The notes below the pieces were generated by a model that saw only the letters and a list, made by a program, of their open reading frames with translations, had not been told where the DNA came from and did not search any database. Positions 62,701 to 64,000 of a stretch of DNA of 64,000 nt are shown one piece after another (the stretch's first letter is position 1; the number at the start of each line of letters is the position of its first letter). Made by a program: the position numbers and the translations under genes. The stretch comes from Macrostomum lignano (Eukaryota): assembly GCA_002269645.1 (NCBI GenBank), contig NIVC01000475.1, positions 124,001-188,000 on the forward strand, given 5' to 3'.

Positions 62701-64000
62701 CAGGCGCTTCTTCGCAAGAACTAAGAGAATTCAGCGCTCTATCTCAAAAGGAATTATTTCAAAAGCTTGTAAAAATTGCGTCTAAAGGTCAAATCGGTTA
62801 CATACCAGCTTTGAAGAGAGAACTGACAGAAAATTATACCTTGACTGCAGACAACTTTTTAAAAATGCTTTTAATTACTCTAAGGGTTGACGCTGATGTA
62901 CCTGTCATTATTATCGGCGAGACAGGCTGTGGAAAGACCAGTCTCATCAGGTATCTTGCGGCTGTACAAGAGTGCACACTAGAGGTAATGAATTTTCACG
63001 CCGGAATTTCCGAATCCGACATTATTGAACGTGTTTCACGAGCAGCCGAAGTTGCAGAAAGCCAGCTTAAGGAGTTCGTTGAGTCATCTGAGCGCTCTGG
63101 AATCGTGTGGATGTTTCTAGATGAAGTTAACACTTGCGAACACCTTGGAATGCTGAAGGAGATTGTGTGCCATCGTAGATTCCTCGACAGAGAACTGCCG
63201 TGCAACTTGCGCTTCATTGCTGCTTGCAATCCATATGTATTGCGCCCGAAATGCGACGTTTCAAAGCGGGCTGGATTTGAAATCAAAGAGTTGCGTAATG
63301 ACAAAATGATGAATTTAGTATACCGAGTTCATCCTCTGCCTGAGACAATGGTGGAATTGGTGTGGGACTTCGGCCGTCTTACAGACTCAGATGAACATGC
63401 CTACATTTCTCAAATGGTCGCACTGTCAATTCCTCAAAAGATCCTAAGCAAGGAAATAACCGAGTGCCTGTCTTGTGTACAGAAATTTATACGAAAATTA
63501 GAAGATTCAGAGTACGCAACGAGTCTGAGAGACGTGCGACGATTTTGTGAATTTTACAAGTTTTTCATAGATTACTTCAAGAAGAAGGTAGCTCTTGAGG
63601 ATCCAAAATCGACAGAAAATCCGAGCAAGAAAGCATTCCTATTTTCTCTTTACATTTGCTATTATGTTAGAATCGCAGATTTGAACGATCGCAACAAATT
63701 TGCTGCGAAGATATGCGGCTTTTTCGATAAAACAGCAGTGCAGATCCAAGATGATTTCATAAAGGAAGAGCTTGACGTTCTCACGCGAATGCGAGTTCCA
63801 CGTAAAACGGCTAGAAATCTTGCCCTTCGAGAGAACGTATTTATTCTTTTCTGTATTTACTGCCAAGTTCCTGTGCTTTTAGTCGGAAAGCCTGGCTGTT
63901 CTAAATCACTGGCGGTAAATCTGATTCGTAGTAACCTTCGCGGTAAAGATTCCGAAAATCCTTTGTTTCGTCAATACCCATCGCTACGCTTTTTCAGCTA
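50749..64000 (+). CDS. RNF213: RNF213/mysterin-like giant AAA+ ATPase (E3 ligase family), 5' part; 3'-partial
   Basis: Phase-consistent exons ~50749-51157, 51359-52338, 52803-53092, 53500-53559, 55601-57651, 58922->64000. Last exon reads SDRPSVGKS (61758-61784), IIGETGCGKT (GETGCGKT from 62916), MFLDEVNT (63111-63134), AACNPY, LVYRVHPLP, SLRDVRR, LRENVF and VGKPGCSKS (GKPGCSKS from 63885), the RNF213 AAA core. RING/RZ module lies beyond the window. Start codon not inside the first confident exon. Confidence 0.88.
51507..52100 (+). repeat. Coding 33-bp tandem repeat x18 (AAPVATDSSNA) in RNF213-like exon
   Basis: 594 bp = exactly 18 units, in frame within exon 51359-52338. Confidence 0.93.
53638..54658. 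mobile_element. Non-autonomous EnSpm/CACTA-like TIR element in RNF213-like intron
   Basis: Ends CCCTGTAAAAAATTCGGCTGTTTCTTCGG / reverse complement CCCGCCAAAAAATTCGGTTGATTCTTCGG, TA on both sides (53636-37, 54659-60), many TGATTCC/GGAATCA subterminal motifs. Confidence 0.7.

Overview
Eukaryotic (invertebrate animal) genomic DNA; no prokaryotic operons, CRISPR arrays or RNA genes. The combination of GC-rich exons and minisatellite-filled introns suggests a flatworm such as Macrostomum (inference only). Four + strand intron-containing genes were rebuilt by hand with GT-AG junctions and consistent phases. (1) The 3' part of an aralar/citrin (SLC25A12/13) gene, <829-7222. (2) A complete NAD(P) transhydrogenase NNT, 10945-30602, 10 coding exons, 1073 aa. 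(3) An MCT8/MCT10-type SLC16 transporter, 33934-41849. (4) The 5' part of a giant RNF213/mysterin-like AAA+ protein gene, ~50749 to >64000, including a >5 kb exon the ORF track misses. In the left ~42 kb, 20 of 22 introns carry their own tandem array or simple repeat, mostly 18-28 bp units, and almost all long ORFs in the supplied track are artefacts of these arrays. The right ~22 kb is AT-rich, lacks intronic minisatellites and carries an RTE-type LINE fragment, hAT and EnSpm MITEs. An NNT intron holds a TA-flanked mariner whose catalytic middle is replaced by 2.5 kb of EnSpm/CACTA transposase sequence. Top leads are the one-array-per-intron system (some units carry splice signals), the cargo-carrying mariner, and an RNF213-like N-terminus with a possible death-fold and an 18x coding minisatellite.
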